Shown here in pieces: positions 39,701-50,456 of a stretch of 64,000 nucleotides of DNA. The position numbers and the translations under genes were made by a program. Each line of letters opens with the position of its first letter. The stretch's first letter is position 1. The DNA is from a virus. Below the pieces are notes generated by a model. It did not search any database. It was not told the DNA's origin and saw only the letters and a list, made by a program, of their open reading frames with translations. The stretch lies in IMG/VR virus record IMGVR_UViG_3300037189_023236; one strand, 5' to 3'.

Positions 39701-42700
39701 GCGTACGGAACCGTTTTTACATTTTGGTACGCATTTGCTGGCGCCGGCTATTGTGACGACTTCGTGCGTGGCTTCGTCGCAAGGGCCGCACTTGCCGTTT
39801 TGAATTGGCGCATCCGGCGGGCAGACGCAGAAACCGTTGTCGTCGCGTACTCTGTTTTCGCCTGGATACTCTTTATCGCATTTTTCAAGGCACACGCCGT
39901 TTACAAGTTCATGCGTATTTTCCGGACAGCCGCATTCGCAGGTCTCGTTGTTAGCAATTACTTGCGCTGGGTTTTCACACTTTGGACAAATTTTGCACGG
40001 ATCTGTCGCTGTAGCCGCGCGCACATGCGTCTGGCTGTTGTATTTGTCGCAGCAATATCCGTTGACTTCTTCTTGCGTTCCGTTAACGTCGCACGACCGG
40101 CACTCGCCCGTTACAGGGTCAATTGATTTAACTATTCCGTCAGTCAAATCAGCATCTGTTTTTTCGCACGGAGGCCGGCAAACAATTTCGCCAGACGTTA
40201 ACCTATACGGAACGTAATCCGAATTTTCGCACACGCAGTCGCAGTCTGCGCCGCGCGGAACTAACGGCGATTCGCACGTAACGTCATCACAAGCCGTGCC
40301 GCCATCAACGGGATCTCCATCGCAATTTGGATTGTCTGGATTGTTGTTGCAGCACCAATCGCGACACTCTTGCGATTGATTACACAAATCTTCGCAATTG
40401 CAATTTTCTGGTGGGCAGCCGGCTTTATCGGGATAGTCGGCGCAGCAATCCGTCCGGCAGTCGTCGGATAAAAGCGCATAGTCAATATCGCAATCGCACT
40501 GAGGCGGGGCGGTTGATGTCGTCGACGATGTCGAAGATACCGAGCTGCTCGACGCCGCTGGCGGTGGATATGTCGGCGGCACCCACGGCGGGCAGCCAGG
40601 ACCGGTAATGGGACTGCATGTGTAAGTAATACAACCGTCGACGCGTCCCGCCGGCACGGCTTGCCAACATTCGCCGCAATCTGGCGGACCCGGGCAATTC
40701 TCGCCGTCTGTCAACGACGATGCGCTGCCGTCAGACGCGCCAGAGCCGTCAGATTCTGTAGATTGTGTACTAGATTGCGTGCTGGACTGCGTACTAGACG
40801 CCGTGCTCGACTGGGCGCTGCTTGATTGCGTGCTGCTTGATTGCGTGCTGCTTGATTGCGTGCTGCTTGATTGACTAGAGCTTTGAGCAGAGCTGCTGTC
40901 GCTGGAATCTGAGCTACTAGATTGCCGGCTTGACGAACTCTGACTAGAGCTCTGGCTTGAACTGCTTGAACTCTGGCTAGAGCTTGAACTGCTAGAGCTG
41001 GGGCTTGAACTGCTTGAACTCTGGCTAGAGCTTGAACTGCTGGAGCTTGAACTGCTAGAGCTTGAACTGCTGGAGCTAGAGCTAGAACTGCTAGAGCTAG
41101 AACTGCTGGAGCTAGAACTGCTAGAGCTAGAGCTAGAGCTTGAACTGCTAGAGCTTGAACTGCTGGAGCTTGAACTGCTGGAGCTTGAACTGCTGGAGCT
41201 TGAACTGCTGGAGCTAGAGCTAGAACTGCTGGAGCTAGAACTGCTAGAGCTAGAGCTAGAACTGCTAGAGCTAGAGCTAGAGCTTGAACTGCTGGAGCTT
41301 GAACTGCTGGAGCTAGAGCTAGAACTGCTGGAGCTAGAGCTAGAACTGCTAGAGCTAGAGCTAGAACTGCTGGAGCTTGAACTGCTGGAGCTGGAGCTAG
41401 AGCTTGAACTGCTGGAGCTTGAACTGCTGGAGCTAGAGCTAGAACTGCTGGAGCTAGAGCTAGAACTGCTAGAGCTAGAACTGCTAGAGCTAGAACTGCT
41501 GGAGCTTGAACTGCTGGAGCTAGAGCTAGAACTGCTGGAGCTAGAACTGCTGGAGCTAGAGCTGGAGCAGCCATTATTTATGTTGGCGGCTACAGTTTTT
41601 GGCGTGAACTGTTTTACAACCTTGCGCCCGGCAAAATTAACAACAGTTGTGTAATATGTCGTGCCGACTGTTGGCTCAACAATTTTGTTTAAGTGCAGTT
41701 TGCACGCTCTATCGCTTGCGGAAATGACATAATCAAACACTAAGCGCGACACAAAAATATCGGTTGGCGTAGAAAGCGTTGCTTGGCGTGTTTGGCGCCC
41801 AGCTGAATCTTCTAGTTCAAACTCCAGCAGAATTGTGCCGTCTGTTGCCTTAACTTGCGATTGAAACACAACGCTTAGTTTTAACGTGGCGCCGGTGTTA
41901 AATTCCGGCGCTGATACAGCAGCAACAGGGAATACACCAGGCGTTTTGATGTCGTACAACATCGGCATGCGCATCGCAGACGACCCGCTGCCTAATTCTA
42001 CGTCGGAGTCAACCGGGCAGCATTCACTACAGTCTGGCACATAACCGCTAACGTCTACGCGATATACGACCTCGTTGTTTTCTCCTGTCTCCTTTACGAT
42101 GTCGACGGTTATGGACGGTTCGCCGCCGCAAGTAGTTGGTGTTAATGTTTGCGTGCCTTTTGTAAACGTAATGTCGCTATTTGATTTTGGTACGTCAATC
42201 TTGCCCTGTATTTCATAAATACAGTTTGCTGTAACGTCATCTGTCCATGAATCTCGTTTAATAAATTTGAGTTCAGCATAAGTTGGCGTATCTGGAGGCG
42301 TGTCTACCTGATTTACGACAATCCCGTACGGCGACTGCACGAATACGCAGCTGTTTGCTGCGCTTATTGGTATCTGTATGTCAACATCGTATTTACACGG
42401 CTCTCCCGGCACAGTCGGCGGATTTGGTGTAAATGTCGCCGTACCTTCTTTACTGTCAGATTCATATGTGTAGACTTTTGCCGTGAACGTTGGGCACGGC
42501 GGCGGGGGAACTTTGACTACGCCAGAAACTTCGTATACGCAATCTTTTTCGCCGTACCCTGGCCAGCCTGGCGCTGCTTTTATGTCTAGCTTGGCGTAGT
42601 CAAAACCAGTGCCGTCACCGGCGCCGTATTGAACTTGAATACCATACGGCGACTGCACAAACGCGCATTTATTCGCGTTAGCCGGTACTGGTATTTGTAT

Positions 42701-44023
42701 TTCAACGTCAAACGTACACGGGTCGTTCCAGTCTCCGGAATAAACAGGCGTAAATACAACTGTCCCGGTGTTCGAATCACTTTCGTATGTCGTGACTGTG
42801 CCGGTAAATTCCGGACACGGCGGCGACGGGATTACCAGGTTAAGTCCAAATTCAAAGTCGCAGCAGCGCTCGCCATTTGGATCTTCTGGCGTCGGCGGGC
42901 ACTGTGACGAGTCTTTACGAATGAAAATCTCAGCTTTCGATTCAGTGCCATAAGGCGCAAGCTCCATGCTGGCGCAGTCTGGATTGATAAGCTGATAGCA
43001 TTTGAATTTTGGGCAGGGAATTTGTATTTCTGGAATTGCCAGAGTTACTGTGAAATCAAAATCGCAGATTTCAGGGTCATCGCAGTCGCCAGGCGTGACC
43101 GTTTTATTGATATCTAGATCAAGTTGCGGTTGCGTAATACTTCCGTCGTAATAAGCCTTTGATTTGCCAGACGTGTAGATATTTGGGCACGGCGGTTGCG
43201 GGATTGGAATAACTAGATCCAGGCTGATATCAAACTCGCACTGGTCGGGATTCTCTCCGCAGGGATCTGTAGAAACTTTTTTCTCTACAGTTAGCTTGTT
43301 TGCTTCTACAACGCAGCCTTCGTATACAGTTTTGACTGTTACGGGGCCGGCCTTAATGTCGGGGCAGGGCGGCAACGGAATCGGGATAACGAGATCAAGA
43401 CTGATGTCAAACTCGCACTGCTCTGCGCCGCACGGATCAGTCGATACTTTTTTTGCTACATTAATCGCCCCGCCACCCGCAACGCAGCCGAGATAGCCGG
43501 CTATGGCGCTTACTTTGCCGCCAGTGATAGTTGGACACGGCGGCGTAGGAATGGGGATATTGAGCTCGAGATTAATTTCGAACTCGCACCCTGCGTCGGG
43601 GTCGTCGCAGTCTTTTGGCGTCTGCGTTACCGTAAAACTGTTTTCTTCTTCCGGAATGCAACCTTCGTAGCCGGTATTTACAGCAAACTTGCCTATCTTA
43701 ATAGACGGGCAAGGTGGTTGCGGAATTGGAATATCGAGATCTAGACTGATCTCAAATTGACAGTTTTCACTCTTTTCAACGGATAGCGTTCCGGTCGCTT
43801 CGCGGCTTTCTGTGGAACAGCTAGTTAGCGCCTTTGTCGAAATTTTTACCGGGCCGGCCGATATATCCGGGCAGAACGGCGGCGGCTCAAACGGCGGACA
43901 GATCGGCGGCGGGCAGTCGTAAATAGGGTCCGGCGGCGACGGTATAACGCAGTCTTCAATAAAATTGAAGTCTACGACCGGAACAAACGGCACATCGCAG
44001 TTTTTGAAAAGCGGTTCGGCCAT
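36785..44023 (-). CDS. Giant (2412 aa) fibre protein: C.F.I.L.IP.PPCP repeats, poly-Ser, EGF-like Cys repeats, FN3 domain and PT tracts
   Basis: Single long ORF within the tail module. Confidence 0.8.
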   Translation of the reverse strand: MAEPLFKNCDVPFVPVVDFNFIEDCVIPSPPDPIYDCPPPICPPFEPPPFCPDISAGPVKISTKALTSCSTESREATGTLSVEKSENCQFEISLDLDIPIPQPPCPSIKIGKFAVNTGYEGCIPEEENSFTVTQTPKDCDDPDAGCEFEINLELNIPIPTPPCPTITGGKVSAIAGYLGCVAGGGAINVAKKVSTDPCGAEQCEFDISLDLVIPIPLPPCPDIKAGPVTVKTVYEGCVVEANKLTVEKKVSTDPCGENPDQCEFDISLDLVIPIPQPPCPNIYTSGKSKAYYDGSITQPQLDLDINKTVTPGDCDDPEICDFDFTVTLAIPEIQIPCPKFKCYQLINPDCASMELAPYGTESKAEIFIRKDSSQCPPTPEDPNGERCCDFEFGLNLVIPSPPCPEFTGTVTTYESDSNTGTVVFTPVYSGDWNDPCTFDVEIQIPVPANANKCAFVQSPYGIQVQYGAGDGTGFDYAKLDIKAAPGWPGYGEKDCVYEVSGVVKVPPPPCPTFTAKVYTYESDSKEGTATFTPNPPTVPGEPCKYDVDIQIPISAANSCVFVQSPYGIVVNQVDTPPDTPTYAELKFIKRDSWTDDVTANCIYEIQGKIDVPKSNSDITFTKGTQTLTPTTCGGEPSITVDIVKETGENNEVVYRVDVSGYVPDCSECCPVDSDVELGSGSSAMRMPMLYDIKTPGVFPVAAVSAPEFNTGATLKLSVVFQSQVKATDGTILLEFELEDSAGRQTRQATLSTPTDIFVSRLVFDYVISASDRACKLHLNKIVEPTVGTTYYTTVVNFAGRKVVKQFTPKTVAANINNGCSSSSSSSSSSSSSSSSSSSSSSSSSSSSSSSSSSSSSSSSSSSSSSSSSSSSSSSSSSSSSSSSSSSSSSSSSSSSSSSSSSSSSSSSSSSSSSSSSSSSSSSSSSSSSSSSSSSSSSSSSSSSSSSSSSSSSSSSSSSSSSSSSSSSSSSSSSSSSSSSSSSSSSSSSSSSSSSSSSSSSQSSSSSSPSSSSSSSSQSSSSSSQSSSQSSSSRQSSSSDSSDSSSAQSSSQSSSTQSSSTQSSSTQSSSAQSSTASSTQSSTQSSTQSTESDGSGASDGSASSLTDGENCPGPPDCGECWQAVPAGRVDGCITYTCSPITGPGCPPWVPPTYPPPAASSSSVSSTSSTTSTAPPQCDCDIDYALLSDDCRTDCCADYPDKAGCPPENCNCEDLCNQSQECRDWCCNNNPDNPNCDGDPVDGGTACDDVTCESPLVPRGADCDCVCENSDYVPYRLTSGEIVCRPPCEKTDADLTDGIVKSIDPVTGECRSCDVNGTQEEVNGYCCDKYNSQTHVRAATATDPCKICPKCENPAQVIANNETCECGCPENTHELVNGVCLEKCDKEYPGENRVRDDNGFCVCPPDAPIQNGKCGPCDEATHEVVTIAGASKCVPKCKNGSVRNADGICVCPDNLGTEKPGDDKNSPVCVKCEAPTFKKCNGKCVSTVCPENQVFITAGTLGVPGCQCVCKPEFKSSFVEGVRKCEPCPNGPDADTELCTSNPLFPNGVCVDKCPPGSVRLQDCSCGCPPGKTIINGQCVDVSYSCGNNGCVVVEGNAGQYATEAECNKQCATATPPDGGNCYPILPPPVGGMILCEDGTQLGLTMYTFNPAKCEWAPFTFMFKPSCDPGSSDGGGGGGGGGGGGGCDCAAIELPPSKMQNLFGYNVFTEVSYGDVGGVGGFSCAKTRAKFEYCEKPHPKFGTPVLKRVYTYIVDRDTCQWVGLPTNNDLFEPRYGRPSATLPCPEDFSSTSSSAQSSASSGSSSSKSSSSSSSKSSSSSSSRSSSSSSSSSSSGNCTATVPTTIGIRVRSTGQFLSQLGRNDSFMIQIAAADPFYAERQKTTYRIYTTGANAITVANGEILAADNPRTFIVTATQLLEALGLDFDTAPAGRYFFPFCATATNCAGLTDTECGGSVTVVVPGNSSSSSSSSSSSSSRSSSSRSSSSSSSSSAAPTNTPTPTPTPTPTPTRTPTPTPTATPTPTATPVPPGTVTLTAIYNAVTGLATLSWTQAVSPSCPVEYYKINQFINSRWVSIDVTDGQQYTIALPCETTAVFNITVVNCSGIPSAPSNTVTVVTPSCATPTPTPTFTPTPTPTPTPTNTPVPPTPTPTPTRTPTPTPTPTRTPTPTPTATPIPPTATPTPTPSPTPTPTRTPTPTPTNTPVPPTPTPTPTPTPTATRTPTPTPTRTPTPTPTNTPIPPTPTPTPTPTRTPTPTPTPTPTRTPTPTPVPPTPTPTPTRTPTPTPTRTPTPTPTFAPCTLNTWWFGSSGGGGGYQIIGLTSGAKRVAGLDSVGIHRSFWALSGYSPTPQGVWFYTYYGVNQPAPSNSIPFMLNELVTISGFPNINTAIVSGTYRVTALSYPNMAGPGLTLSCP
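41024..41566 (-). repeat. 181 consecutive Ser codons built from 6-, 9- and 15-bp units
   Basis: Units such as TCC AGC AGT TCA AGC and TCT AGC. Confidence 0.95.
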
Positions 44024-44038
44024 AATGCTGCGATGTTG

Positions 44039-44983
44039 TTAGCACGTTTGTGATAGCAGATTTTCGACGCGTTTGATGAGCAAAGTATGCTGCTGCGTCA
44101 AATCTGGTACCACCTGGATACCGGCGCCACCCACAATTTTAACGTCTGGCGCGGGTAATCCGTTAATGGCCGTGATAACTTCATCGCACGCCGGACCACC
44201 GCTTAAAAACTTACTTCCAACAGGCGGAATCTCGCCGGGATACAGTTTAATTTCGCTGCCGTTTTCGCAGAATTCGGCCGCGTCGAGACCGGTTGTGTTT
44301 GCGTCTTTACTTACTGCAATTCGTAACTCGTTTAAATCACTATCCTGCGTTATCTCGCAATTAAATCCTGCGCGTAGTTGAATGTTCCCCTTTACGCACG
44401 CCGCATTTACGATTACAGGCCGTGTCGCGCCGGAGCTAGAACTGCTGCCACACGGCTGGATGACCGTCCTGGCGTAATTACCGACGTTTACAGACCGCAA
44501 ATACGCCTTAACGAGGCTTTGAATCCGGCTGGGCTCGACCGCCCGCTCTTGGTTGAACGTGTATGTTGTGTTATTTGGCGCACTTGCGGCGAATTCTGCT
44601 ATACGGCCAGTAACTAAAAACCCGCTCCAAACAGGCTCTGTAGCGCAAAAAATAGCGTCAGTCAGGCCGGTATTGGACGCTGGGGCAGAGTCCGCGTGCT
44701 CGTACGCCCACTCATCTGGCGTCAAATCGCGCTCGAATACGATCGGCTTATTTACCGCACCAGCAGCCGTGGTCTTAAACGTAAATTGCAGTTTGGCTGC
44801 CGTTTTAGTTATCGAATGTAAGTAGACGATATCTGTTGTTGGATTAAATTCGCTGTCCAGCCCCATTATGAATCCGCAATCGACAATAAGCTCTGTCGGC
44901 AAGTCGGCGGCAGAATACGCCGATCTAAACACGAAAGGGTACTGGCGGTATTCGTTATCGTTGTAAAAACCAGCGCGCGGCAT
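44039..44983 (-). CDS. Tail/baseplate-associated protein, paralogous YP/ING family
   Basis: FYNDN..RQYPF ... AINGL. Confidence 0.7.
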   Translation of the reverse strand: MPRAGFYNDNEYRQYPFVFRSAYSAADLPTELIVDCGFIMGLDSEFNPTTDIVYLHSITKTAAKLQFTFKTTAAGAVNKPIVFERDLTPDEWAYEHADSAPASNTGLTDAIFCATEPVWSGFLVTGRIAEFAASAPNNTTYTFNQERAVEPSRIQSLVKAYLRSVNVGNYARTVIQPCGSSSSSGATRPVIVNAACVKGNIQLRAGFNCEITQDSDLNELRIAVSKDANTTGLDAAEFCENGSEIKLYPGEIPPVGSKFLSGGPACDEVITAINGLPAPDVKIVGGAGIQVVPDLTQQHTLLIKRVENLLSQTC

Positions 44984-45777
44984 TACAGCACCCTCGATCC
45001 GACAGCTTCGATTCTTAGTACGTCATTTTCGGGATATACGCGCAATACAGAATCAGGCCCGCTTTTAGTAGCTACAGTGATATTGAAATTACCAAATTCA
45101 TCTGGCCCGCAACCATTTATTGTGCGCAGAAAGTCTTTGGGTGAAAACGCTGATTTTGGTGTGCCGTCGTCAGCAAGGCATTGCAGCCGGCGGAACAGCG
45201 GCTCTCCAACGACATCGACGCGAATCACCCCCGGGCTTGTTTGTCTTAAAACGACGCCCTGGTCGCCGATAAGCCACACGTCGCCGGTCAGCAATTCTCC
45301 GCCCGGAAGCAACAACCCGCGAACGCCAGGCTCTTGCGCCGGAATTACAACAGACGCCACAAATTCTGTTGCCTCTTGGTCGAATACGTGCGGCCCGACG
45401 TCCCACCCGCCAAAAAGCGCAAGATCTGTTTGCGTAGATAACAACAAACCGGCTGGTCTGCCGTAGGTATCACTAAGCTGCAACACGCCGTCTTCCGGGG
45501 CAGTAAGCGGGTTGTACTGTCCGGAACACAACGAGGTGCCGGCAGAATCGCTGATGCTGATTACAACAATGTCCGCATCTACGACAATCTCTGAGATGTA
45601 TACGCCAGATTGCGCGTTTATTGGATATAGGCTGGCATCAATAAACGTTGTGCGATTGATCGCAAAGCCGGTGTTCGCGGTTAATGTAGCTGTATCCGCG
45701 AACGGATACCGCGAGTCCGATTGCTCGTCGCGAAATTCGGGAAAAAGAATTCGTGCGCCGCTCATATCATTGCTCAA
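44983..45777 (-). CDS. Tail/baseplate-associated protein, paralogous YP/ING family
   Basis: SRYPFAD ... TINGCGPDEFGNF. Confidence 0.7.
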   Translation of the reverse strand: MSNDMSGARILFPEFRDEQSDSRYPFADTATLTANTGFAINRTTFIDASLYPINAQSGVYISEIVVDADIVVISISDSAGTSLCSGQYNPLTAPEDGVLQLSDTYGRPAGLLLSTQTDLALFGGWDVGPHVFDQEATEFVASVVIPAQEPGVRGLLLPGGELLTGDVWLIGDQGVVLRQTSPGVIRVDVVGEPLFRRLQCLADDGTPKSAFSPKDFLRTINGCGPDEFGNFNITVATKSGPDSVLRVYPENDVLRIEAVGSRVL

Positions 45778-46357
45778 TTCTTAGCTTGTTGAAGTGCGCA
45801 TAGGTTCTATCAGCAAACAAGCCGGCCGAGCCCGCTAGCATTCCATAATTCGCTAGCGATGTGGAGAACGACAAAATCTTTGTTCCGGCCACGTCTGTTA
45901 ATTTGCCCGCAAGTGTTACTGTATTGTTTGTTGTGTTTACGCTTGGCGTCACAGCTATTTTATGCCACCTATTCGTGTCAAATACAAAACTGAAATCGGC
46001 AAACGCTATCGCGAATTCTGTAACAAAACTAGTTCCGTTGTATCTGATAATTTTTAGCGCGCCATTGTTGATATCGACAATTACAGCGACGTACGCACCA
46101 GCCGGTAAGTAATTCAAAACCAAACCAGCAATTTGTTGCCCGCCAGGCACGAGTTTAAACTCAACTGAAATTTCATGACCAGCTGACCAGTCGCTTGGCA
46201 GATTTTTTAACGTAGCGACATTGACATCAAAAAGACTCGCGCTTGCGCATACTAGCTCTGGCGGCGGCGGTGTAGGTGTAGGTGTAGGTGTAGGTGTAGC
46301 CGTCCTAGTCGGCGTGGGCGTTGGTGTACTCGTCGGTGTGGGCGTAGGCGTACTCAT
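45767..46357 (-). CDS. PT-leader plus concanavalin-like beta-sandwich fragment
   Basis: Starts MSTPTPTP; AGLVLNY, NRWHKI and G.AGL...AHF..L.I motifs. Confidence 0.6.
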   Translation of the reverse strand: MSTPTPTPTSTPTPTPTRTATPTPTPTPTPPPPELVCASASLFDVNVATLKNLPSDWSAGHEISVEFKLVPGGQQIAGLVLNYLPAGAYVAVIVDINNGALKIIRYNGTSFVTEFAIAFADFSFVFDTNRWHKIAVTPSVNTTNNTVTLAGKLTDVAGTKILSFSTSLANYGMLAGSAGLFADRTYAHFNKLRIEQ

Positions 46358-46382
46358 TGGCGGCTCTGTCGCGGCTTATAGC

Positions 46383-48932
46383 TTATTGTTGCCTGTATTG
46401 GTTGATATTTGGCGGCAAATACGAGAGCCCTTGCCAACCAGCGCCCACAGCCACGCAGCGTCCGTCGTAGCACGCAATGTCGCGCCAGTATTTTCGCACG
46501 CCTGTGTTTAATTGTTCTGCGCTCCAGTTTATACCGTCTGTACTTGTAAGCACGGGATTAGTACCGCCGCTGTCAGACAGGACGTAAAACTTGTTATTGT
46601 CAAGGTTCGAATTTATTACACGCCAACGGGCGCTAATCGGTACTTCACGCATTGTCCAGTTAATAGCGTCGGTGCTGGTGGCTATTGTATTGCTAAAATT
46701 ATTGCCGTAACTGTTGTACGATATAGCTACATACGTGTTGGTTATTGAATTAAACCCAATCGCACCCCATGTAATATCGGCGGTTGATATTCTTGTGCTC
46801 GACCATGTGACGCCGTCTAATGACCGCGCAACATGACCCTCATTAGCTATTGCCACAAATTGCGATGTACTCGTATTAGAGCTCGCGTATATGACTTTTT
46901 GCCACCGCGCCGATACCGGCAACGTTATTTGCGTCCAAGTTCCAGTACCAGATTGGCTAGCCAACGCTAAGGTATGCACGCTGCTAGATCGCCGCAGTAT
47001 CACCCACCTATTTGTGTTGTAGTAACCCCACGCAACGCTACCCCACTGCGAACTTACTGGCAGTGTGCGGCCTATCCAGTTCGTACCGTCGGTGCTTGTT
47101 GCATAATAATTTGTTGTATTGCTGCCGGTAGGCTCCGCAATTGCCACAAAAAGCGGCGTGCCGCTTCCTGTCCCGCCGCCTTGCACGTCGGACCACGATA
47201 ATACTGCCGGAGCATTTGTAGCTGTCCAATTTATTCCGTTAGAACTTACTGCAAATTTTGCGTCTGTGCTATTGGACACGGCTACATACAGTAAATTTGA
47301 AAACGTAACGCCCGTCCAACCTTGCCCCGGGCCGCTTGGATAAGCAGCTTCCGGCATTGTCACAGCACTCCAGTAAACAACCGGAGTGGGTGTTGGCGTA
47401 GCTGTCGGCGTTGGAGTCGGCGTTGGTGTTCTCGTTGGCGTAGGTGTAGGTGTCGGGGTTGGTGTTCTAGTCGGCGTAGGTGTAGGCGGTACCGGAGTAT
47501 TAGTCGGAGTCGCTGTTGGCGTAGGTGTAATCGTAGGTGTAGGTGTAAATGTGGGCGTGGGTGTGGGTGTCGGAGGAATAGGCGTATTCGTCGGAGTCGG
47601 CGTAGGCGTGTTTGTGGGGGTAGGTGTCGCGGTCGGTGTCGGGCTTGGTGTTGGTGTATTAGTTGGCGCTGGTGTCGGCGTAGGCGGTACCGGAGTATTA
47701 GTCGGAGTCGGCGTAGGCGTGTTTGCGGACGTTGGTGTGGGTGTGGGCGTTCTCGTTGGCGTGGGTGTTGGAGTTGGTGTTCTAGTTGGCGTAGGTGTCG
47801 GGGTTGGTGTTGGAGTAGGCGTCGGTCGCGGTGTACATTTTTCTAGTAAATCTTCGCCGGTAAATACGGACTTTAGAACAAAACTACCGCCGCGCACGTC
47901 GAGCACATTTGTTAACGCATCAGTAAACGGCTCGCAAAACGGTAGCGTTTTTGCAACGATAGATGACGCACTACTGCTGCTTATTTGACTTCCGGCAGAA
48001 GAACTAGAGCTTGTCGGCGGTTGCGTTGAGCTGCTGCTGCTGCTTATAGGCGTTGCGGCGCTGCTGGAGCTGCTTGCGCTAGGTTCGCAATTGTCGACTG
48101 GCTCACGCGGCGGGCCGTATGGTTGTTTTTTACACGCGTCTTCTAGGCCAAGACCGATATCAATTCCAAATCCCCCGCAATTTTCGAACGGATAAATATC
48201 AACACTGTCGCCAATTATGTTGATGTTGCCGGCGCAATCTGGCGTTACGCCGTTTATAGTTTCAATAGGTTGCGCTGGACATGTTCCGCTTTCAGGCCGT
48301 ACGCCGCATGGGCCCAGAAAATACGACAGCGGATTGTAATTAAAGTCGCCGATTGTAGTGGCTAATTTAAACACAATTGCGGTTGCTGGTTTGTTCAAAA
48401 CTGTTACTGTCGTTTTTTCCGCTACGATCGGCGCCTCGACAGTCAGCGTAACAACGTCGACAAGCGGCGTTGCTAATCCTTGCTTTTTTATTGACTGCAC
48501 CGGCAGCGCGTCGTATTTATTGGCATTTCGTGGAGCAATTTTTGTTTGTGCTGCCGCGGCATAACGACCCGAGAATGCGTCTAAAACGCCGGGCCCGAAA
48601 ACGATCCAGCCGGCGACACCTGCGGACAGCGGCACTATTGCGTAATTGGCGTTAAGCTCGATAGGCTTTGGCAGGCTAACTGCCGCAATTGATGTGACTG
48701 CTCCGGTGTCGTTTTTTTCAGCGCCAATAATAACGGTAACAATGTTTGCCGTTACCGTTATTGCCTGCACAAACGCACTGTCGCCTAGATTGCCAGGAAA
48801 ACGAATGTGGCAATCTACAACAATGTCGTTGCGTAAAAGATTGTCGGCGTCATCTAAGCACGTACTGGTATCGTCAAGCGGATATTTCCGCCCGGCTTGC
48901 AAGTCATACCAGTTTTGATTGCGTACAGGCAT
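46383..48932 (-). CDS. YP/ING-family protein extended by Ser/PT linkers and a C-terminal S.DG..W-repeat propeller
   Basis: [21 protein letters not shown]; repeated W..V.....FVAI...S.DG.NW. Confidence 0.7.
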   Translation of the reverse strand: MPVRNQNWYDLQAGRKYPLDDTSTCLDDADNLLRNDIVVDCHIRFPGNLGDSAFVQAITVTANIVTVIIGAEKNDTGAVTSIAAVSLPKPIELNANYAIVPLSAGVAGWIVFGPGVLDAFSGRYAAAAQTKIAPRNANKYDALPVQSIKKQGLATPLVDVVTLTVEAPIVAEKTTVTVLNKPATAIVFKLATTIGDFNYNPLSYFLGPCGVRPESGTCPAQPIETINGVTPDCAGNINIIGDSVDIYPFENCGGFGIDIGLGLEDACKKQPYGPPREPVDNCEPSASSSSSAATPISSSSSSTQPPTSSSSSAGSQISSSSASSIVAKTLPFCEPFTDALTNVLDVRGGSFVLKSVFTGEDLLEKCTPRPTPTPTPTPTPTPTRTPTPTPTPTRTPTPTPTSANTPTPTPTNTPVPPTPTPAPTNTPTPSPTPTATPTPTNTPTPTPTNTPIPPTPTPTPTFTPTPTITPTPTATPTNTPVPPTPTPTRTPTPTPTPTPTRTPTPTPTPTATPTPTPVVYWSAVTMPEAAYPSGPGQGWTGVTFSNLLYVAVSNSTDAKFAVSSNGINWTATNAPAVLSWSDVQGGGTGSGTPLFVAIAEPTGSNTTNYYATSTDGTNWIGRTLPVSSQWGSVAWGYYNTNRWVILRRSSSVHTLALASQSGTGTWTQITLPVSARWQKVIYASSNTSTSQFVAIANEGHVARSLDGVTWSSTRISTADITWGAIGFNSITNTYVAISYNSYGNNFSNTIATSTDAINWTMREVPISARWRVINSNLDNNKFYVLSDSGGTNPVLTSTDGINWSAEQLNTGVRKYWRDIACYDGRCVAVGAGWQGLSYLPPNINQYRQQ

Positions 48933-48935
48933 TGA

Positions 48936-50453
48936 TTAACTACACAACGCGATTGTTTGTCCGCTATCGTCGCAATACAGTGCTTTAGCTTCTGTAACAG
49001 ACGCCGTAGCCGATGTATTGTCGCAACCAAGGCGTACTGGGCCGGCGTCTGTGGTTGCTGTAATAGTGGCGCTGACAATTGTTGGTTTAGCATTAGCAAA
49101 TACCAACCGAAAACTTACAGTTGCCGAATTCCCGACGTCTACGCTACCAAGGTCTGCTGTAAATACGGGCCAGCTACCGTCTAACTCGTATAGATCTTGT
49201 GTTGAGCGCGCGGTTGTTATTTTTGTGTAACCGCAAACAAGTTCAGCGGAGTTATTAGGGTAAGTCGCAAACTCAATTCGCATAACGGCGTTGTCGGCGC
49301 AGTCGGCGCAGTTGTTGCAGTATTGCGCGACAATGTCTAAATACGGACAACGTTGAGCGGACAAACACGTTTTTAGCGGTTTTCGGAGACGGCATAGCCG
49401 CTGATTTTCCCAACGCGCAATATTGTCAGAATGCATTAACAGCACGTTATTTGCATCAACGCCAATCGTTTTGTACCGATCTCTTGTGCCGTTCATGTAC
49501 GTAGCGATGTCGACATAGTCGTCGCACGTGCAGCATGCGGGACAATTGCTGCCTATTTGTTGCGTGGCTGTATTGTTTGCCCATTGCGGTATGAGTTTAT
49601 TGTTGGCTGGGCTATACGCTGTTGGTAAATAAGCCCACAAACAATCTTTTGCTGTGATAAGCACGCTTGGTCCGGATAAGCCGTTCAGATTACGAATTAC
49701 GGGTTGCGTTTCTGCGCAATCAACATATTTACCCAAACCTTCGCCCGGGATGGCCGATATTGTTACTTGGCGCGTTGATCGCAGGCCCCGTAACTGCGGA
49801 TCGGACACGACTAGCGTGTTATTTAAACCCGCGCCGATGTCTACTGCGGTGTTTGTTAATTTTACGTCAAGGTTGTTTGCGTACGATGGTAGCACTAAAG
49901 AGCGCAGCCGGCGCGGTACGCGATATACAGCGCGTTCATCAATTACCGCGGACTCAGGCGTAATATGCGTAGCGAATTGCCGCGTAGTTGTTTCGTCGTC
50001 TCCCGCGGATGAGGGCGGCCATGTTTGATAGACCACAATACGACAAACGACAGTCGCCGTTGTCCACTCATAAATTTTGTAGTCATGCGTACCGGGGCAA
50101 GACTCTGTCTTTTTTAGGCCCCAGCACCACGACGTAAACGCAACGCCAGCAGTTGTCGAATCAAACACAACAACATTCTGCGCGTCAACAATTAAAACGT
50201 CTGCAGCATGCGTCGGCGTTGGCGTATCTTCTGGTGCGGGAACCGTAGCGCACCCGACACCGTAAAGCCATTTGATGTGCAACGGATGGCGTACGGCATC
50301 GTGTTCGCGGTCGTACGCTAGGTATAAATCCGCTAGCAGATACTCAATGTCTGGCGACGGATTAATTAGCGGATAATCCAGCCCGCTCTGTGGCTGGATT
50401 ACGCCAATACCTTGCCGCCCGCGGGGGGAATATTGATACGATTCGCATGTCAT
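48936..50453 (-). CDS. Tail/baseplate-associated protein, paralogous YP/ING family
   Basis: LDYPL ... IRNLNGL ... C.ACC.C. Confidence 0.7.
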   Translation of the reverse strand: MTCESYQYSPRGRQGIGVIQPQSGLDYPLINPSPDIEYLLADLYLAYDREHDAVRHPLHIKWLYGVGCATVPAPEDTPTPTHAADVLIVDAQNVVVFDSTTAGVAFTSWCWGLKKTESCPGTHDYKIYEWTTATVVCRIVVYQTWPPSSAGDDETTTRQFATHITPESAVIDERAVYRVPRRLRSLVLPSYANNLDVKLTNTAVDIGAGLNNTLVVSDPQLRGLRSTRQVTISAIPGEGLGKYVDCAETQPVIRNLNGLSGPSVLITAKDCLWAYLPTAYSPANNKLIPQWANNTATQQIGSNCPACCTCDDYVDIATYMNGTRDRYKTIGVDANNVLLMHSDNIARWENQRLCRLRKPLKTCLSAQRCPYLDIVAQYCNNCADCADNAVMRIEFATYPNNSAELVCGYTKITTARSTQDLYELDGSWPVFTADLGSVDVGNSATVSFRLVFANAKPTIVSATITATTDAGPVRLGCDNTSATASVTEAKALYCDDSGQTIALCS

Positions 50454-50456
50454 CGC

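Noticed and set aside
40711-41574. 287-aa APAVLALA-repeat ORF
   Set aside because: It is an alternative frame of the poly-Ser repeat within the 2412-aa gene.
30107-44023. Eukaryotic or giant-virus origin suggested by mucin/EGF-like proteins
   Set aside because: The context is bacteriophage: SD sequences, sigma factor, CsrA, terminase and baseplate J.
46357-46390. Readthrough or frameshift fusing 46383-48932 with 45767-46357
   Set aside because: The frames differ, a TAA lies upstream in the second frame, and there is no clear slippery site.
30771-47988. Plus-strand (Val-Gly)n ORFs at 30771, 31416, 35265, 37131, 37938, 46221 and 47386
   Set aside because: They are antisense shadows of Pro-Thr codons, which cannot contain stops in that frame, and they lack RBS support.
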